Below are positions 26,755 through 37,167 of a stretch of DNA of 64,000 nucleotides, piece by piece. The translations under genes were made by a program, and so were the position numbers. The stretch's first letter is position 1; each line of letters starts with the position of its first letter. This DNA is from Acidimicrobiia bacterium (lineage in GTDB: Bacteria > Actinomycetota > Acidimicrobiia > IMCC26256 > PALSA-555), in NCBI GenBank assembly GCA_051986275.1, contig JBPYDT010000017.1:21621-85620 (forward strand). Reading direction: 5' to 3'. A model generated the notes under the pieces. That model was not told the origin of the DNA. It saw only the letters and a list, made by a program, of their open reading frames with translations, and searched no databases.

Positions 26755-28134
26755 ATGTCCCCCCTCACGACGTCGGTCGAGCCGCTCGAGGGCAACAAGG
26801 TCCGACTGCGGGTGGAGGTGCCGGCCGCCGACTTCGAGCGGGCCATCGACGCCGCCTTCCGCAAGCTCGCCCGTGAGGTGAAGATCCCCGGGTTCCGGCC
26901 GGGCAAGGCGCCGCGGGCCCTGCTTGAGGCGCGGCTCGGCAGCGAGGTGGCTCGGGAGCAGGCGCTGCGCGACGCCCTGCCCGAGTACTACGCCCAAGCC
27001 GTGCAAGCCGAGGACATCGACGTCATCGCGGCACCCGAGATCGACATCACCCAAGGCGAGGACAGCGGCGACGTCGCCTTCGACGCGGTCGTCGAGATCC
27101 GGCCCGAGGCGCGGCTCGACGGCTACGACGGCGTGAGCGTCGAGATCCCGAACCCGGCCGTCACCGACGAGGAGGTCGACACCCAGATCGACGCGCTGCG
27201 CGACCGCTTCGCCGACCTCGAGGACAAGAACGCGCCGCTCGTTGACGGCGACTACGCCCAGATCGACATCAAGGCGTACGTCCACGAGGAGGTGATCGAC
27301 GCGCTGAGCGCCACCGACTACCTCTACGAGATCGGCTCCGGGGGCGTCGTGCCCAAGCTCGACGAGGAGCTGCGAGGCAAGCGGGTCGGCGACATCCTGC
27401 GCTTCAACGACACCCTCCCCGAGCGGTTCGGCGACCGCGCCGGCCACGAGGTCGCGTTCCAGGTGCTCGTCAAGGAGACGAAGCGCAAGGTGCTGCCTGA
27501 GCCGAGCGACGAGTGGGCGTCCGAGGTGAGCGAGTTCGACACACTCGACGCCCTCCGCGCCGACGCCCGTCAGCGGCTCGGCGTCGTCGCCACCGTGCGC
27601 GCCCAGATGCTCGTGCGCGACAAGGTGCTCGAGGCGGTCGCCGAGCGCGTCGACGTCCCCATCCCCGAGGCGCTCGTCGACCAGGAGGCGGAGCGGCGCC
27701 TCCATGACCTCGCGCACCGGCTGGAGCACCAAGGCGTCACGATCCCCGAGTACCTCGCCGCGACGGGCCAAGAAGAGAAGGCGTTCGTCGCCGAGCTGAA
27801 GGAGCACGCCACCGACGCGGTGCGCGCTGATCTCGCGCTGCGCTCCGTCGTCGATCAGGAGCAGATCGAGGCGACCGACGAGGAGCTGCAGCGAGAGATC
27901 GACCGCGTCGCCGAGCGAGTGGGGGAGAAGCCCGCCAAGGTGCGGCGCGATCTTGATCGGCGCGGCGTGATCGAGGCGGTACGCTCGGACATCGCTCGCG
28001 GCAAGGCACTCCAGTTCCTCGTCGACCACGCCCAGGTCGTCGACGAATCCGGCGACCCCGTCGAGCTCACGCTGCCCGACGGCGCCCCCGCCGACCATCC
28101 CCCGACAACCGCCGAAGCTGAGGAGTCCGAGTGA
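26755..28134 (+). CDS. tig: trigger factor
   Basis: [58 protein letters not shown] is a classic Tig N-terminus. The track start 26710 was trimmed. Confidence 0.9.
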   Translation: MSPLTTSVEPLEGNKVRLRVEVPAADFERAIDAAFRKLAREVKIPGFRPGKAPRALLEARLGSEVAREQALRDALPEYYAQAVQAEDIDVIAAPEIDITQGEDSGDVAFDAVVEIRPEARLDGYDGVSVEIPNPAVTDEEVDTQIDALRDRFADLEDKNAPLVDGDYAQIDIKAYVHEEVIDALSATDYLYEIGSGGVVPKLDEELRGKRVGDILRFNDTLPERFGDRAGHEVAFQVLVKETKRKVLPEPSDEWASEVSEFDTLDALRADARQRLGVVATVRAQMLVRDKVLEAVAERVDVPIPEALVDQEAERRLHDLAHRLEHQGVTIPEYLAATGQEEKAFVAELKEHATDAVRADLALRSVVDQEQIEATDEELQREIDRVAERVGEKPAKVRRDLDRRGVIEAVRSDIARGKALQFLVDHAQVVDESGDPVELTLPDGAPADHPPTTAEAEESE

Positions 28135-28784
28135 GTCAGCCCACCCGCAGCCTGGTCCCCGCCTACGACTACCTGGTGCCCACCGTCGTCGAGCAGACGA
28201 GCCGCGGCGAGCGCGCGTTCGACCTCTACTCGCGGCTGCTGAAGGAGCGGATCATCTTCCTCGGCACGCCGATCGACGACGCGATCGCCAACCTGCTCAT
28301 GGCACAGCTCATCCATCTCGAGAGCGAGGACCCCGACAAGGACATCTCGCTGTACATCAACTCGCCGGGTGGAGAGATCACGGCGCTGATGGCGATCTAC
28401 GACACGATGCAGTACATCAAGCCCGACGTGCAGACGATCTGCATCGGGCAGGCGGCGTCGGCCGCCGCGGTGCTGCTCGCCGCCGGGACGCGCGGCAAGC
28501 GCTACGCGCTGCCGCACGCCCGCATCCTCATCCACCAGCCGCACGGCGGCGCGTCCGGTCAGGCCGTGGACATCGAGATCCAGGCGAAGGAGATCACGCG
28601 GATGCGCGAGCTCCTCGACGAGATCCTGGCGTACCACACCGGCCAGCCCGTCGAGAAGGTCGGCGCCGACACCGACCGCGACTTCATCATGGGCGCGACC
28701 GAGGCGAAGGAGTACGGGATCGTCGACGAGATCCTGACCAACCGAGACTTGGCTTCGGTGGCGCCCGCCGCCGGGGTCAGCTGA
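28131..28784 (+). CDS. clpP: ATP-dependent Clp protease proteolytic subunit
   Basis: [47 protein letters not shown]...[11 protein letters not shown]...ILIHQP. A GTGA overlap joins it to tig. Confidence 0.95.
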   Translation: MSQPTRSLVPAYDYLVPTVVEQTSRGERAFDLYSRLLKERIIFLGTPIDDAIANLLMAQLIHLESEDPDKDISLYINSPGGEITALMAIYDTMQYIKPDVQTICIGQAASAAAVLLAAGTRGKRYALPHARILIHQPHGGASGQAVDIEIQAKEITRMRELLDEILAYHTGQPVEKVGADTDRDFIMGATEAKEYGIVDEILTNRDLASVAPAAGVS

Positions 28785-28809
28785 TCCGCCCAGCGAGGGG
28801 GAGCGCGTC

Positions 28810-30063
28810 GTGGCGAAGTTCGGTGACGGTGGCGACCTGCTGAAGTGCTCGTTCTGCGGGAAGAGCCAGAAGCAGGTCAAGAAGCTCATCGCTGGCCCCG
28901 GCGTCTACATCTGCGACGAGTGCATCGATCTCTGCAACGAGATCATCGAGGAGGAGCTCTCCCAGAGCTCCGAGGTGCGCTTCGACGAGCTCCCCAAGCC
29001 GCGTGAGATCTACGAGTACCTGAACGACTACGTCATCGGCCAGGAGCAGGCCAAGAAGATCCTGTCCGTCGCCGTCTACAACCACTACAAGCGGGTGCAG
29101 GCCGGCGCGTACGGGGACCCCGACGTCGAGCTTCAGAAGTCGAACATCCTCCTCATCGGGCCGACGGGGTGCGGCAAGACCCTGCTCGCCCAGACGCTCG
29201 CCCGCCTGCTGAAGGTCCCGTTCGCGATCGCCGACGCCACCGCGCTCACCGAGGCGGGCTACGTCGGCGAGGACGTCGAGAACATCCTCCTCAAGCTCAT
29301 CCAGGCGGCCGACTACGACGTCAAGAAGGCCGAGACCGGCATCATCTACATCGACGAGATCGACAAGATCGCCCGCAAGGCGGAGAACCCGTCGATCACG
29401 CGCGACGTCTCCGGCGAGGGCGTGCAGCAGGCGCTGCTGAAGATCCTCGAGGGCACGACCGCCTCGGTGCCGCCGCAAGGGGGGCGCAAGCACCCCCACC
29501 AGGAGTTCATCCAGATCGACACGACGAACATCCTGTTCCTGTGCGGTGGCGCGTTCGCCGGGATCGACAAGATCATCGAGAGCCGCATCGGCAACCGCGG
29601 CGTCGGCTTCGGCGCCGACGTGCGCCGCCCCGACCAGAAGGACCTCGGCGCGCTGCTCGCCGGCGTGCTGCCCGAGGACCTGCTGAAGTTCGGGCTGATC
29701 CCCGAGTTCGTCGGCCGCCTCCCCGTCGTCGGGGCGGTGCACAGCCTCGACCAGGAGGCGCTGATGCGCATCCTCGTCGAGCCGAAGAACGCCCTGCTGA
29801 AGCAGTACCAGAAGTTCTTCCAGTTCGACGACGTCGACCTCGTGCTCACCGACGACGCGCTCGAAGCCGTGTCCGAGGAGGCGCTGAAGCGCGGCACCGG
29901 CGCCCGCGGCCTGCGCGCCATCCTCGAAGAGGTGCTCCTCGACGTCATGTACGACCTGCCGAGCCGCTCCGACGTGGCGCGCTGCGTCATCGACCGGTCG
30001 GTCGTCCTCGAGCACATGACGCCGACGCTCATCACCAGCACGCCCGACCGCCGCTCCGCCTGA
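28810..30063 (+). CDS. clpX: ATP-dependent Clp protease ATP-binding subunit ClpX
   Basis: The zinc finger is [30 protein letters not shown], Walker A is GPTGCGKT, and Walker B is IIYIDEIDK. Confidence 0.95.
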   Translation: MAKFGDGGDLLKCSFCGKSQKQVKKLIAGPGVYICDECIDLCNEIIEEELSQSSEVRFDELPKPREIYEYLNDYVIGQEQAKKILSVAVYNHYKRVQAGAYGDPDVELQKSNILLIGPTGCGKTLLAQTLARLLKVPFAIADATALTEAGYVGEDVENILLKLIQAADYDVKKAETGIIYIDEIDKIARKAENPSITRDVSGEGVQQALLKILEGTTASVPPQGGRKHPHQEFIQIDTTNILFLCGGAFAGIDKIIESRIGNRGVGFGADVRRPDQKDLGALLAGVLPEDLLKFGLIPEFVGRLPVVGAVHSLDQEALMRILVEPKNALLKQYQKFFQFDDVDLVLTDDALEAVSEEALKRGTGARGLRAILEEVLLDVMYDLPSRSDVARCVIDRSVVLEHMTPTLITSTPDRRSA

Positions 30064-30134
30064 GCCGCGCCGCGGCGGCGGCGTCCGCGGGTTCGGCCAG
30101 CCGTCGCGCGAAGCCGGTTCTCTACACTCGCTTC

Positions 30135-32693
30135 ATGACGGTCCCGGACAAGCCGAGCCTCGACGGGCTCGAGGACCTCTGGAGCGAGCGGTGGGAGGCC
30201 GACGGCACCTACCGCTTCGACCGCACGCAGCATCGGGGCGAGATCTTCTCGATCGACACGCCGCCGCCCACCGTCTCGGGCTCCCTGCACATGGGATCGG
30301 TGTTCGGGTACGTACAGACCGACACGATCGCCCGCTTCCAGCGCATGCGCGGCCGCGGCGTCTTCTACCCGATGGGCTGGGACGACAACGGGCTCCCCAC
30401 CGAGCGTCGGGTGCAGAACTACTTCGGGGTGCGCTGCGACCCCGGGCTGCCCTACGACCCGGCGTTCGAGCCGCCGAGCGAGCCGGCGGACCCGCCGGTC
30501 GCGATCGCCCGGAGGAACTTCGTCGAGCTCTGCGAGCACCTCGTCGTCGAGGACGAGGCGCGCTTCGAGGAGCTCTGGCGTCACCTCGGGCTCTCGGTCG
30601 ACTGGCGCCTCACGTACACGACGATCGGCAAGGCCAGCCAGCGCGGCTCGCAGCGCGCCTTCCTGCGCTCCATCGTCCGCGGCGAGGCCTACCAGGCCGA
30701 GGCGCCGACCCTCTGGGACGTCGACTTTCGCACCGCGGTCGCGCAGGCCGAGCTCGAGGACCGCGAGCTCGACGGCGCGTACCACGGCGTGCGCTTCCAC
30801 CGCGCCGACGACGACGGCGTCGTGATCGAGACGACCCGGCCCGAGCTCCTTGCGGCGTGCGTCGCGCTCGTGGCGCACCCCGACGACGACCGCTACACCG
30901 ACCTCTTCGGGACGCCGGCCCGGACCCCGCTCTTCGACGTCGAGGTGCCGATCGTCCCGCACCCGCTCGCCGACCCCGAGAAGGGCTCGGGGATCGCGAT
31001 GATCTGCACCTTCGGCGACCTGAGCGACGTCACCTGGTGGCGCGAGCTCGACCTGCCCGCCCGTCCGATCATCGACTGGGACGGGCGCCTGAAGGCCGAG
31101 CCGCCCGACGCGATCACCAGTCCGCGCGGCCGCGCCGCGTACGGCGAGCTGGCCGGGCTGACGATCCGCCAGGCCCAGCGCCGCATCGTGGAGCTGCTGC
31201 GCGACGCGGGCGAGCTCGTCGGCGAGCCCCAGCGCATCAAGCACGCGGTGAAGTTCTACGAGAGGGGCGAGCGGCCGCTCGAGATCCTCACCACCCGCCA
31301 GTGGTACCTGCGCAACGGCGGGCGCGACCCCGCGCTGCGCGCCGAGCTGCTGGCCAGCGGGCATGCGCTCGCCTGGCACCCCGAGCACATGCGCGCCCGC
31401 TACGACTCGTGGGTCGAGGGGCTGAACGGCGACTGGCTCGTCAGCCGGCAACGGTTCTTCGGCGTCCCGTTCCCGATCTGGTACCCGGTCGACGCCGACG
31501 GCGCGCCGAGCTGGGACAAGCCCATCATGGCGTCCGAGGCGAGCCTGCCCGTCGACCCGTCGAGCGACGCCCCCGACGGGTACGACGAGCCGCAGCGGGG
31601 CCAGCCCGGCGGCTTCGTCGGCGACCCCGACGTGATGGACACGTGGGCCACGTCGTCGCTCACGCCGCAGCTCGCGTGCGGCTGGGAGGACGACCCGGAC
31701 CTCTTCGCGCGCACGTTCCCGATGGACCTGCGGCCCCAGGGTCCCGAGATCATCCGGACGTGGCTCTTCGACACGGTCGTGCGCGCACACTTCGAGCACG
31801 GGGTCCTGCCGTGGGAGCACGTCACGATCAACGGCTGGGTGCTCGACCCCGACCGCAAGAAGATGTCGAAGTCGAAGGGCAACGTCACCACGCCGATGAA
31901 CCTGCTCGAGCAGTACGGAACGGACGCCGTGCGCTACTGGGCGGCGAGCGGGCACCCGGGCACCGATACCGCGCTCGACGAGGGCCAGATGAAGATCGGC
32001 CGGCGCCTGGCGATCAAGATCCTCAACGCGTCGAAGTTCGCGCTCGGGGTGGGCGGCGACGTCGACCCGGCCGCCACGGGCGAGGTGACGAACCCCCTCG
32101 ACCGCTCCCTGCTCGCGAGCCTCGCCGAGCTCACCGACGACGCCACGGCCGCGTTCGTCGACTTCGACTACGCCCGCGCCCTCGACCACACCGAACGGTT
32201 CTTCTGGGGGTTCTGCGACGACTACCTCGAGCTCGTGAAGCAGCGGGCGTACGGCGCCGAGGGCGCGCCCGGCGACCCGTCGGCCCGGGTGACGCTGCTC
32301 GCCGCGCTCGAGACCCTGCTGCGGCTCTTCGCGCCGCACCTCCCCTTCGTCACCGAGGAGGTGTGGTCCTGGTGGCGCCCGGGCTCGGTGCACCAGGCGA
32401 CCTGGCCCGACGGGGCCGCGGTCCGCGCCGCCGCGGCCGGCGGTGACCCGCTCGTCGTCGCGGTCGCCACCGAGGTCCTGGGCGCGGTGCGCAAGGCCAA
32501 GACGCAGGAACAGCGATCCCTCCGCGCCGAGGTGGCGCGCGTCAGGGTGCGCGACACCACGCCGCGCCTCGCCGCGCTCCGCCTGGCGGCGGAGGACGTG
32601 CGCGCCGCGGCCCGACTCACGGGCGAGGTCGAGCTCGTCGAGTCCGCCGAGCCCGCGGTCGAGGTCGAGCTCGCGCCCGACCCCCGGAGCTGA
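30135..32693 (+). CDS. valS: valine--tRNA ligase
   Basis: The start is the internal ATG ([26 protein letters not shown]). The HIGH-type motif is [13 protein letters not shown] and the KMSKS motif is KMSKSKGN. The track ORF 29169 start is an out-of-context extension through clpX. Confidence 0.95.
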   Translation: MTVPDKPSLDGLEDLWSERWEADGTYRFDRTQHRGEIFSIDTPPPTVSGSLHMGSVFGYVQTDTIARFQRMRGRGVFYPMGWDDNGLPTERRVQNYFGVRCDPGLPYDPAFEPPSEPADPPVAIARRNFVELCEHLVVEDEARFEELWRHLGLSVDWRLTYTTIGKASQRGSQRAFLRSIVRGEAYQAEAPTLWDVDFRTAVAQAELEDRELDGAYHGVRFHRADDDGVVIETTRPELLAACVALVAHPDDDRYTDLFGTPARTPLFDVEVPIVPHPLADPEKGSGIAMICTFGDLSDVTWWRELDLPARPIIDWDGRLKAEPPDAITSPRGRAAYGELAGLTIRQAQRRIVELLRDAGELVGEPQRIKHAVKFYERGERPLEILTTRQWYLRNGGRDPALRAELLASGHALAWHPEHMRARYDSWVEGLNGDWLVSRQRFFGVPFPIWYPVDADGAPSWDKPIMASEASLPVDPSSDAPDGYDEPQRGQPGGFVGDPDVMDTWATSSLTPQLACGWEDDPDLFARTFPMDLRPQGPEIIRTWLFDTVVRAHFEHGVLPWEHVTINGWVLDPDRKKMSKSKGNVTTPMNLLEQYGTDAVRYWAASGHPGTDTALDEGQMKIGRRLAIKILNASKFALGVGGDVDPAATGEVTNPLDRSLLASLAELTDDATAAFVDFDYARALDHTERFFWGFCDDYLELVKQRAYGAEGAPGDPSARVTLLAALETLLRLFAPHLPFVTEEVWSWWRPGSVHQATWPDGAAVRAAAAGGDPLVVAVATEVLGAVRKAKTQEQRSLRAEVARVRVRDTTPRLAALRLAAEDVRAAARLTGEVELVESAEPAVEVELAPDPRS

Positions 32694-32694
32694 T

Positions 32695-34035
32695 GTGAAC
32701 GACCGCCCTCGGGCGTGGCTCGACGACCACGTCAACCTCGAATCCCTCGGCGTCCCCGCCGGGAAGACCCGGCGCGCCACCCGGCCCACGCTCGAGCGCA
32801 TGGCGGCGCTCGCCCGGCTGCTCGGCTCGCCGCAGCTCGAGTACCCGGTCATCCACGTGACCGGCACGAACGGCAAGACCTCGGTGGCGCGGCTCGCGAC
32901 GGCCCTGCTCGTCGAGACGGGTCTCTCCGTCGGGTCCTACACGAGCCCGCACCTCGAGCGGGTGAACGAGCGCATCGCGTGGAACGGCCACGAGGTCGAC
33001 GACGGCACGCTCGACGAGCTCCTCGAGCTGCTCGCCACCGTCGAGCCCCACCTCCCCGAGATCCCCAGTTACTTCGAGCTCCTCACGGGCGCTGCCTTCC
33101 GGTGGTTCGCCGACGTCGCCGTCGACGCCGCGGTCGTCGAGGTCGGGCTCGGCGGCACCTGGGACGCGACGAACGTCGCCACCGGCCGGGTCGCGGTGAT
33201 CACCAACGTCAGCATCGACCACGTCGAGTACCTGGGCCCCACGCGCCTTGACATCGCCGGTGAGAAGGCCGGGATCTTGAAGCCGGGCGCCACGCTCGTG
33301 CTCGGCGAGGCCGACCCCGACGTGCGGGCCCCGTTCCTCGAGCGCGGCGCGGCGAACGTCCTGCTGCGGGGCGAGGACTTCGGGGTGCGCGCCAACCGCA
33401 TGGCGCACGGCGGACGTCTCGTCGACGTCTTCACCCCGGAGGCCCGCTACGACGACCTCTTCCTCTCCCTACACGGCGCGCACCAGGCGGACAACGCCGC
33501 GGTCGCGCTCACCGCCGTCGAGGCGCTCCTCGACCGGCCGCTCGCCCCCGAGCTGGTCGCGACCGTGTGCGGGCGCGTCGACGTCCCCGGCCGCCTCGAG
33601 GTGGTCGGCCACGCCCCGCTCGTGCTCCTCGACGGCGCGCACAACGTCGCCGGAGCGCACGCGCTCCGCGAGGCCCTCGCCGAGGAGTTCCCCGCCTCGG
33701 CGCGCACGCTCGTGGTCGGGCTCCTCGAGCCGAAGGACCCCGCCGAGATGCTGGAGGCCCTCGGTCTCGCCGACGCCGAGCGGCTCATCGTGTGCGAGGC
33801 GCCGAGCCCGCGCGCCCAGCCCGCCGACGCGGTGGCCGACGCCGCCCGGGCGCTGGGCCACCCGGCGGACCGGGTGGAGGCGATCCCCGACGTCGGGGCG
33901 GCCCTGGCCCGGGCCCGTGTCCTCACGCCGCCCGACGCGCAGGTCGTGGTCACGGGGTCGCTCTACGTGGCCGGCGCGGCGCGCGCCGCGGCCCACCCGG
34001 CGAGCGGCCGCCAGCCCGTGAGCCCGCCCCGGTAG
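32695..34035 (+). CDS. folC: bifunctional folylpolyglutamate synthase/dihydrofolate synthase
   Basis: A GTG lies 1 nt after the valS stop. The P-loop is [12 protein letters not shown], with Mur-ligase-type middle and C domains. Confidence 0.9.
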   Translation: MNDRPRAWLDDHVNLESLGVPAGKTRRATRPTLERMAALARLLGSPQLEYPVIHVTGTNGKTSVARLATALLVETGLSVGSYTSPHLERVNERIAWNGHEVDDGTLDELLELLATVEPHLPEIPSYFELLTGAAFRWFADVAVDAAVVEVGLGGTWDATNVATGRVAVITNVSIDHVEYLGPTRLDIAGEKAGILKPGATLVLGEADPDVRAPFLERGAANVLLRGEDFGVRANRMAHGGRLVDVFTPEARYDDLFLSLHGAHQADNAAVALTAVEALLDRPLAPELVATVCGRVDVPGRLEVVGHAPLVLLDGAHNVAGAHALREALAEEFPASARTLVVGLLEPKDPAEMLEALGLADAERLIVCEAPSPRAQPADAVADAARALGHPADRVEAIPDVGAALARARVLTPPDAQVVVTGSLYVAGAARAAAHPASGRQPVSPPR

Positions 34036-34046
34036 GGTCCGCCGCC

Positions 34047-34460
34047 GTGAGCACCCGCACCCTCTTTCTCTGCAAGCCCGACGCGGTGGAGCGCGGCCTC
34101 GTGGGCGAGATCATCGGGCGCGTCGAGCGCAAAGGGCTGCGCATCGTGGCGCTCGACCAGCGCCGGATCGACCGCGTCCTCGCCGAGCAGCACTACGCCG
34201 AGCACCGGGGCAAGCCCTTCTTCGAGGAGCTCGTGGTGTTCATCACCCGCGGACCGCTCGTGGCGATGGTCCTCGACGGCGGCCCCGACACGTGGGCGGT
34301 CGTCCGCCGGCTGATGGGGTCGACCGACCCGCGCCAAGCCGATCCCGGGACGATCCGCGGCGACCTCGCGCTCGAGACGGGCGAGAACCTCGTGCACGGC
34401 TCCGACGGGCCCGAGTCGGCGGCCCGCGAGATCGCCCTCTTCTTCCCCGACCTCGCCTGA
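34047..34460 (+). CDS. ndk: nucleoside-diphosphate kinase
   Basis: [36 protein letters not shown]...[20 protein letters not shown], with the active-site His in NLVHGSD. Confidence 0.95.
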   Translation: MSTRTLFLCKPDAVERGLVGEIIGRVERKGLRIVALDQRRIDRVLAEQHYAEHRGKPFFEELVVFITRGPLVAMVLDGGPDTWAVVRRLMGSTDPRQADPGTIRGDLALETGENLVHGSDGPESAAREIALFFPDLA

Positions 34461-34611
34461 GAGGGTACGCGGACTTCGCGCGGCCGCCTGGTTCAATGGC
34501 CGGGTGGCATCACGGGGCGCGCCGCCCCCGCCCACGAGGACGGCTGGACCGACCTGGGAGCAGGCCCTAGCCTGGCCGAGTCCCGGACCCCGTCGGATTG
34601 CTGGACGGTCT

Positions 34612-35652
34612 GTGAACGCCCCCTGGTACACCAACGTCATCGGTCGCGACATGGCCGTCGACCTCGGCACGGCGAACACAGTCGTCTACGCGCGGGGCCA
34701 GGGGATCGTCCTCAACGAGCCGTCGATCGTCACCATCGACCTGCGCGACGGCTCGCTGCTCGCCGTCGGCACGAAGGCGAAGCGGATGCTGGGCCGCACC
34801 CCGTCCCACATCGAGGCCATCCGGCCGCTGAAGGACGGCGTCATCGCCGACTTCGACATCTGCGAACAGATGCTGCGCTACTTCATCCAGAAGGTCCACC
34901 AGCGCAACCGCTGGGCGAAGCCCCGCATGGTCATCTGCATCCCCTCGGGGATCACGGGCGTCGAGCGGCGGGCCGTGCAGGAGGCCGCCGAGTTCGCCGG
35001 CGCCCGCAGCCCGGTCATGGTCGTCGAGGAGCCGATGGCGGCCGCCATCGGCTCGGGCCTGCCGATCCACGAGCCGACCGGCAACATGATCGTCGACATC
35101 GGGGGCGGCACCACCGAGGTGGCGGTCATCTCGATGGGCGGGATCGTGGCCAGCGAGGCGAGCCAGATCGCGGGCGACGAGTTCGACGAGTCGATCATCT
35201 CGTTCATGAAGCGCGAGTACTCGCTGGCGCTCGGGGAGCGCACCGCCGAGGACATCAAGCACCAGCTGGCGAGCGCCTATCCCCTCCAGGACGAGTTCTA
35301 CGCCGAGGTGCGGGGCCGGGACCTCGTGACCGGCCTGCCCCGCACCGTCACCGTCTCGACGCAGGAGATGCGCGAGGCGATCGAGGAGAACGTCGCCGCG
35401 GTCATTGACACCATCAAGGTCACGCTCGACAAGACCCCGCCCGAGCTCGCCGCGGACGTCATGGAGCGCGGCATCACCCTCGCCGGAGGCGGCGCGCTGC
35501 TGCTCGGCCTCGACGCGGCGATCCAAGCCGAGACCGGCATGCCCGTCCGCAAGGCCAAGAACCCGCTCTTCTCGGTGGTCGTCGGCTCGGGGCGCTGCCT
35601 CGAGCAGTTCGACGCGCTGCGACAGGTGCTCATCAGCGGCCCCGAAGACTGA
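34612..35652 (+). CDS. mreB: rod shape-determining protein MreB
   Basis: DMAVDLGTANTVVYARGQGIVLNEPSIV...IVDIGGGTTEVAVISMGGIV...ITLAGGGALLLGLD. The start was set to GTG 34612 and ATG 34651 is also possible. Confidence 0.9.
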   Translation: MNAPWYTNVIGRDMAVDLGTANTVVYARGQGIVLNEPSIVTIDLRDGSLLAVGTKAKRMLGRTPSHIEAIRPLKDGVIADFDICEQMLRYFIQKVHQRNRWAKPRMVICIPSGITGVERRAVQEAAEFAGARSPVMVVEEPMAAAIGSGLPIHEPTGNMIVDIGGGTTEVAVISMGGIVASEASQIAGDEFDESIISFMKREYSLALGERTAEDIKHQLASAYPLQDEFYAEVRGRDLVTGLPRTVTVSTQEMREAIEENVAAVIDTIKVTLDKTPPELAADVMERGITLAGGGALLLGLDAAIQAETGMPVRKAKNPLFSVVVGSGRCLEQFDALRQVLISGPED

Positions 35653-35682
35653 TCCGAGCCCTCCGGCTCCAGGGAGGCGCTC

Positions 35683-36537
35683 ATGGCCGTCTATCGCCGA
35701 GACACGCGGGGGCGGTTCCTGCTCACGGCGGTCATCGTGTCGTCGCTGCTGCTCATCACGATCGACTCCGGGAACGGCAGCGGCGCCGTCGCCTCGCTGC
35801 GCTCCACCGCGCACAACATCATCTCGCCCCTCCAGTCCGTGGTGAACGACGCGTTCCAGCCGCTGCGCGACGTCGCGGGCGGGATCACCACCTACGGGTC
35901 CCTGAAGAACCAGAACGACGAGCTGCGCCGCCAGATCTCCGACCTGCGCGGCCAGCTGCGCCAGACCCGGGGGGTCGGCAACGAGCTGCCCGAACTCGAG
36001 AAGCTGCTCGACCTGCCGACGGTGGCCGACGCGACCGGCATCGTGGCCCGCGTCACCGCCGGCGCGCCGGGCAACTTCGAGCGCACCGTCGTCCTCGACA
36101 AGGGGTCGAGCGAGGGCCTGCGGGTTGGCTACCCGGTGGTGACGGGCGACGGCCTCGTGGGCACGATCACCCAGGTCGCGGGGCAGTCGGCCACCGTGAC
36201 CCTGCTCGACAGCCCGACGCTCGGCGTCGGCGTGCGCCTCACGACGAGCAACACCGAGGGCATCACGGTCGCGAAGGCGGGGGAGCGCGATCTGACGATC
36301 GGGTTCCTCTCCGACTCGAACGTGAAGGCGCAGAAGGGCGAGCTGGTGCTCACGTCAGCGTCCGCGAACGAGGCGTTCCCGCCGGACATCGTCGTGGGCA
36401 CGGTGGTGTCGTACTCCAAGCCCCTCCAGGACCTCGCGCCGACGATCACCGTCGCGCCAACCGTGAACCTCGACGACCTCGACTTCGTGAAGGTCCTGCG
36501 GTTCCCCGATCCCACTGCTGCGCCGCGAGGCGGGTGA
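35683..36537 (+). CDS. mreC: rod shape-determining protein MreC
   Basis: It has an N-terminal TM and a coiled coil (LKNQNDELRRQISDLRGQLRQ). The beta domains include GYPVVTGDGLVGTITQV. Its position after mreB supports the call. Confidence 0.85.
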   Translation: MAVYRRDTRGRFLLTAVIVSSLLLITIDSGNGSGAVASLRSTAHNIISPLQSVVNDAFQPLRDVAGGITTYGSLKNQNDELRRQISDLRGQLRQTRGVGNELPELEKLLDLPTVADATGIVARVTAGAPGNFERTVVLDKGSSEGLRVGYPVVTGDGLVGTITQVAGQSATVTLLDSPTLGVGVRLTTSNTEGITVAKAGERDLTIGFLSDSNVKAQKGELVLTSASANEAFPPDIVVGTVVSYSKPLQDLAPTITVAPTVNLDDLDFVKVLRFPDPTAAPRGG

Positions 36538-36547
36538 CCATCGGCTC

Positions 36548-37057
36548 GTGGGTCTGCGCCGCATCCGACTCATCCTCGTCGTCATCACCCTGGTCGTGCT
36601 CCAGACGACGGTGGTCACGCACCTGCGCGTCCTCGACGCGGTGCCGAACCTGCTGCTCGTCGGCGCGGTCGCGATGGCGTACGACTCCGGTCCGCTCCCC
36701 GGGGCCCTGTTCGGGTTCGCCGGCGGCCTGGGCATCGACCTGTTCCTCACCACACCGCTCGGTCTCTCGGCGCTCAGCTACGCGCTGACCGCGTACGGCG
36801 TCGGCGTCTTCCAGGGCGGCCTCATCCGCGAGACGCGCACCATCGCGCCGGTGCTCGGCTTCGTCGGGGGCATCGTGGGGAACATCCTTTTCATCGTGAT
36901 CGGCGGGATCGCCGGGCGCGGTGAGCTCTTCGCGCTGCACAACATCCAGGTGATCGTCGTCTCGTCGGTGTACGACGCGGTGGTGGCCTACGCCGTGTTC
37001 CCATTCGTGCGCTGGGCGGCCAAGACCGACGTGGGACGGGCCTGGCCCGGTCGCTAG
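36548..37057 (+). CDS. mreD: rod shape-determining protein MreD
   Basis: 169-aa, 5-TM protein between mreC and PBP2. It shows the typical MreD hydrophobic pattern. Confidence 0.75.
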   Translation: MGLRRIRLILVVITLVVLQTTVVTHLRVLDAVPNLLLVGAVAMAYDSGPLPGALFGFAGGLGIDLFLTTPLGLSALSYALTAYGVGVFQGGLIRETRTIAPVLGFVGGIVGNILFIVIGGIAGRGELFALHNIQVIVVSSVYDAVVAYAVFPFVRWAAKTDVGRAWPGR

Positions 37058-37167
37058 GCTGGCGTCACCGTGACCCCGCGAGCCGGCCGGCGCTCGTCCA
37101 CGCCGCCCGGGGGCGGCCGGCGGCGTGCAGCCGACCGACCGGGGGACCCGACCACGATCGCCGCGGG

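Noticed and set aside
28131-28784. A single clpP between tig and clpX, whereas many actinobacteria have a clpP1-clpP2 tandem.
   Set aside because: A second clpP could lie elsewhere in the genome, and some actinobacterial lineages have one copy. This cannot be assessed from this window.
29169-30134. N-terminal extensions of track ORFs running through upstream genes. Examples: valS from 29169, ndk from 33567, folC from 32443, proB from 46345, MoxR from 47871, VWA from 49547, the ABC-2 permease from 55010, DUF2182 from 61400, and PNPOx-cNMP from 62326.
   Set aside because: - The extensions are out-of-context, Arg-rich, and overlap well-supported genes.
- Internal ATG/GTG starts restore canonical family N-termini, often with stop/start overlap to the preceding gene.
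30064-30134. A possible T-box or leader element upstream of valS.
   Set aside because: The spacer is only 71 nt and shows no specifier-loop or terminator architecture. It is too short for a T-box.
29346-32876. Very long antisense or alternative-frame ORFs in the track. Examples: 29346..32876 (-) 1176 aa, 17478..19676 (-), 20226..22247 (-), 37054..39201 (-), 43123..45354 (-), 14927..16708 (-), 50096..52300 (-), 4150..5964 (+), 369..1991 (+).
   Set aside because: - All are Arg/Pro/Gly/Ala-rich low-complexity translations with no recognisable motifs.
- Each mirrors a motif-rich gene on the other strand or frame.
- Stop-codon scarcity in such GC-rich DNA generates them by chance.
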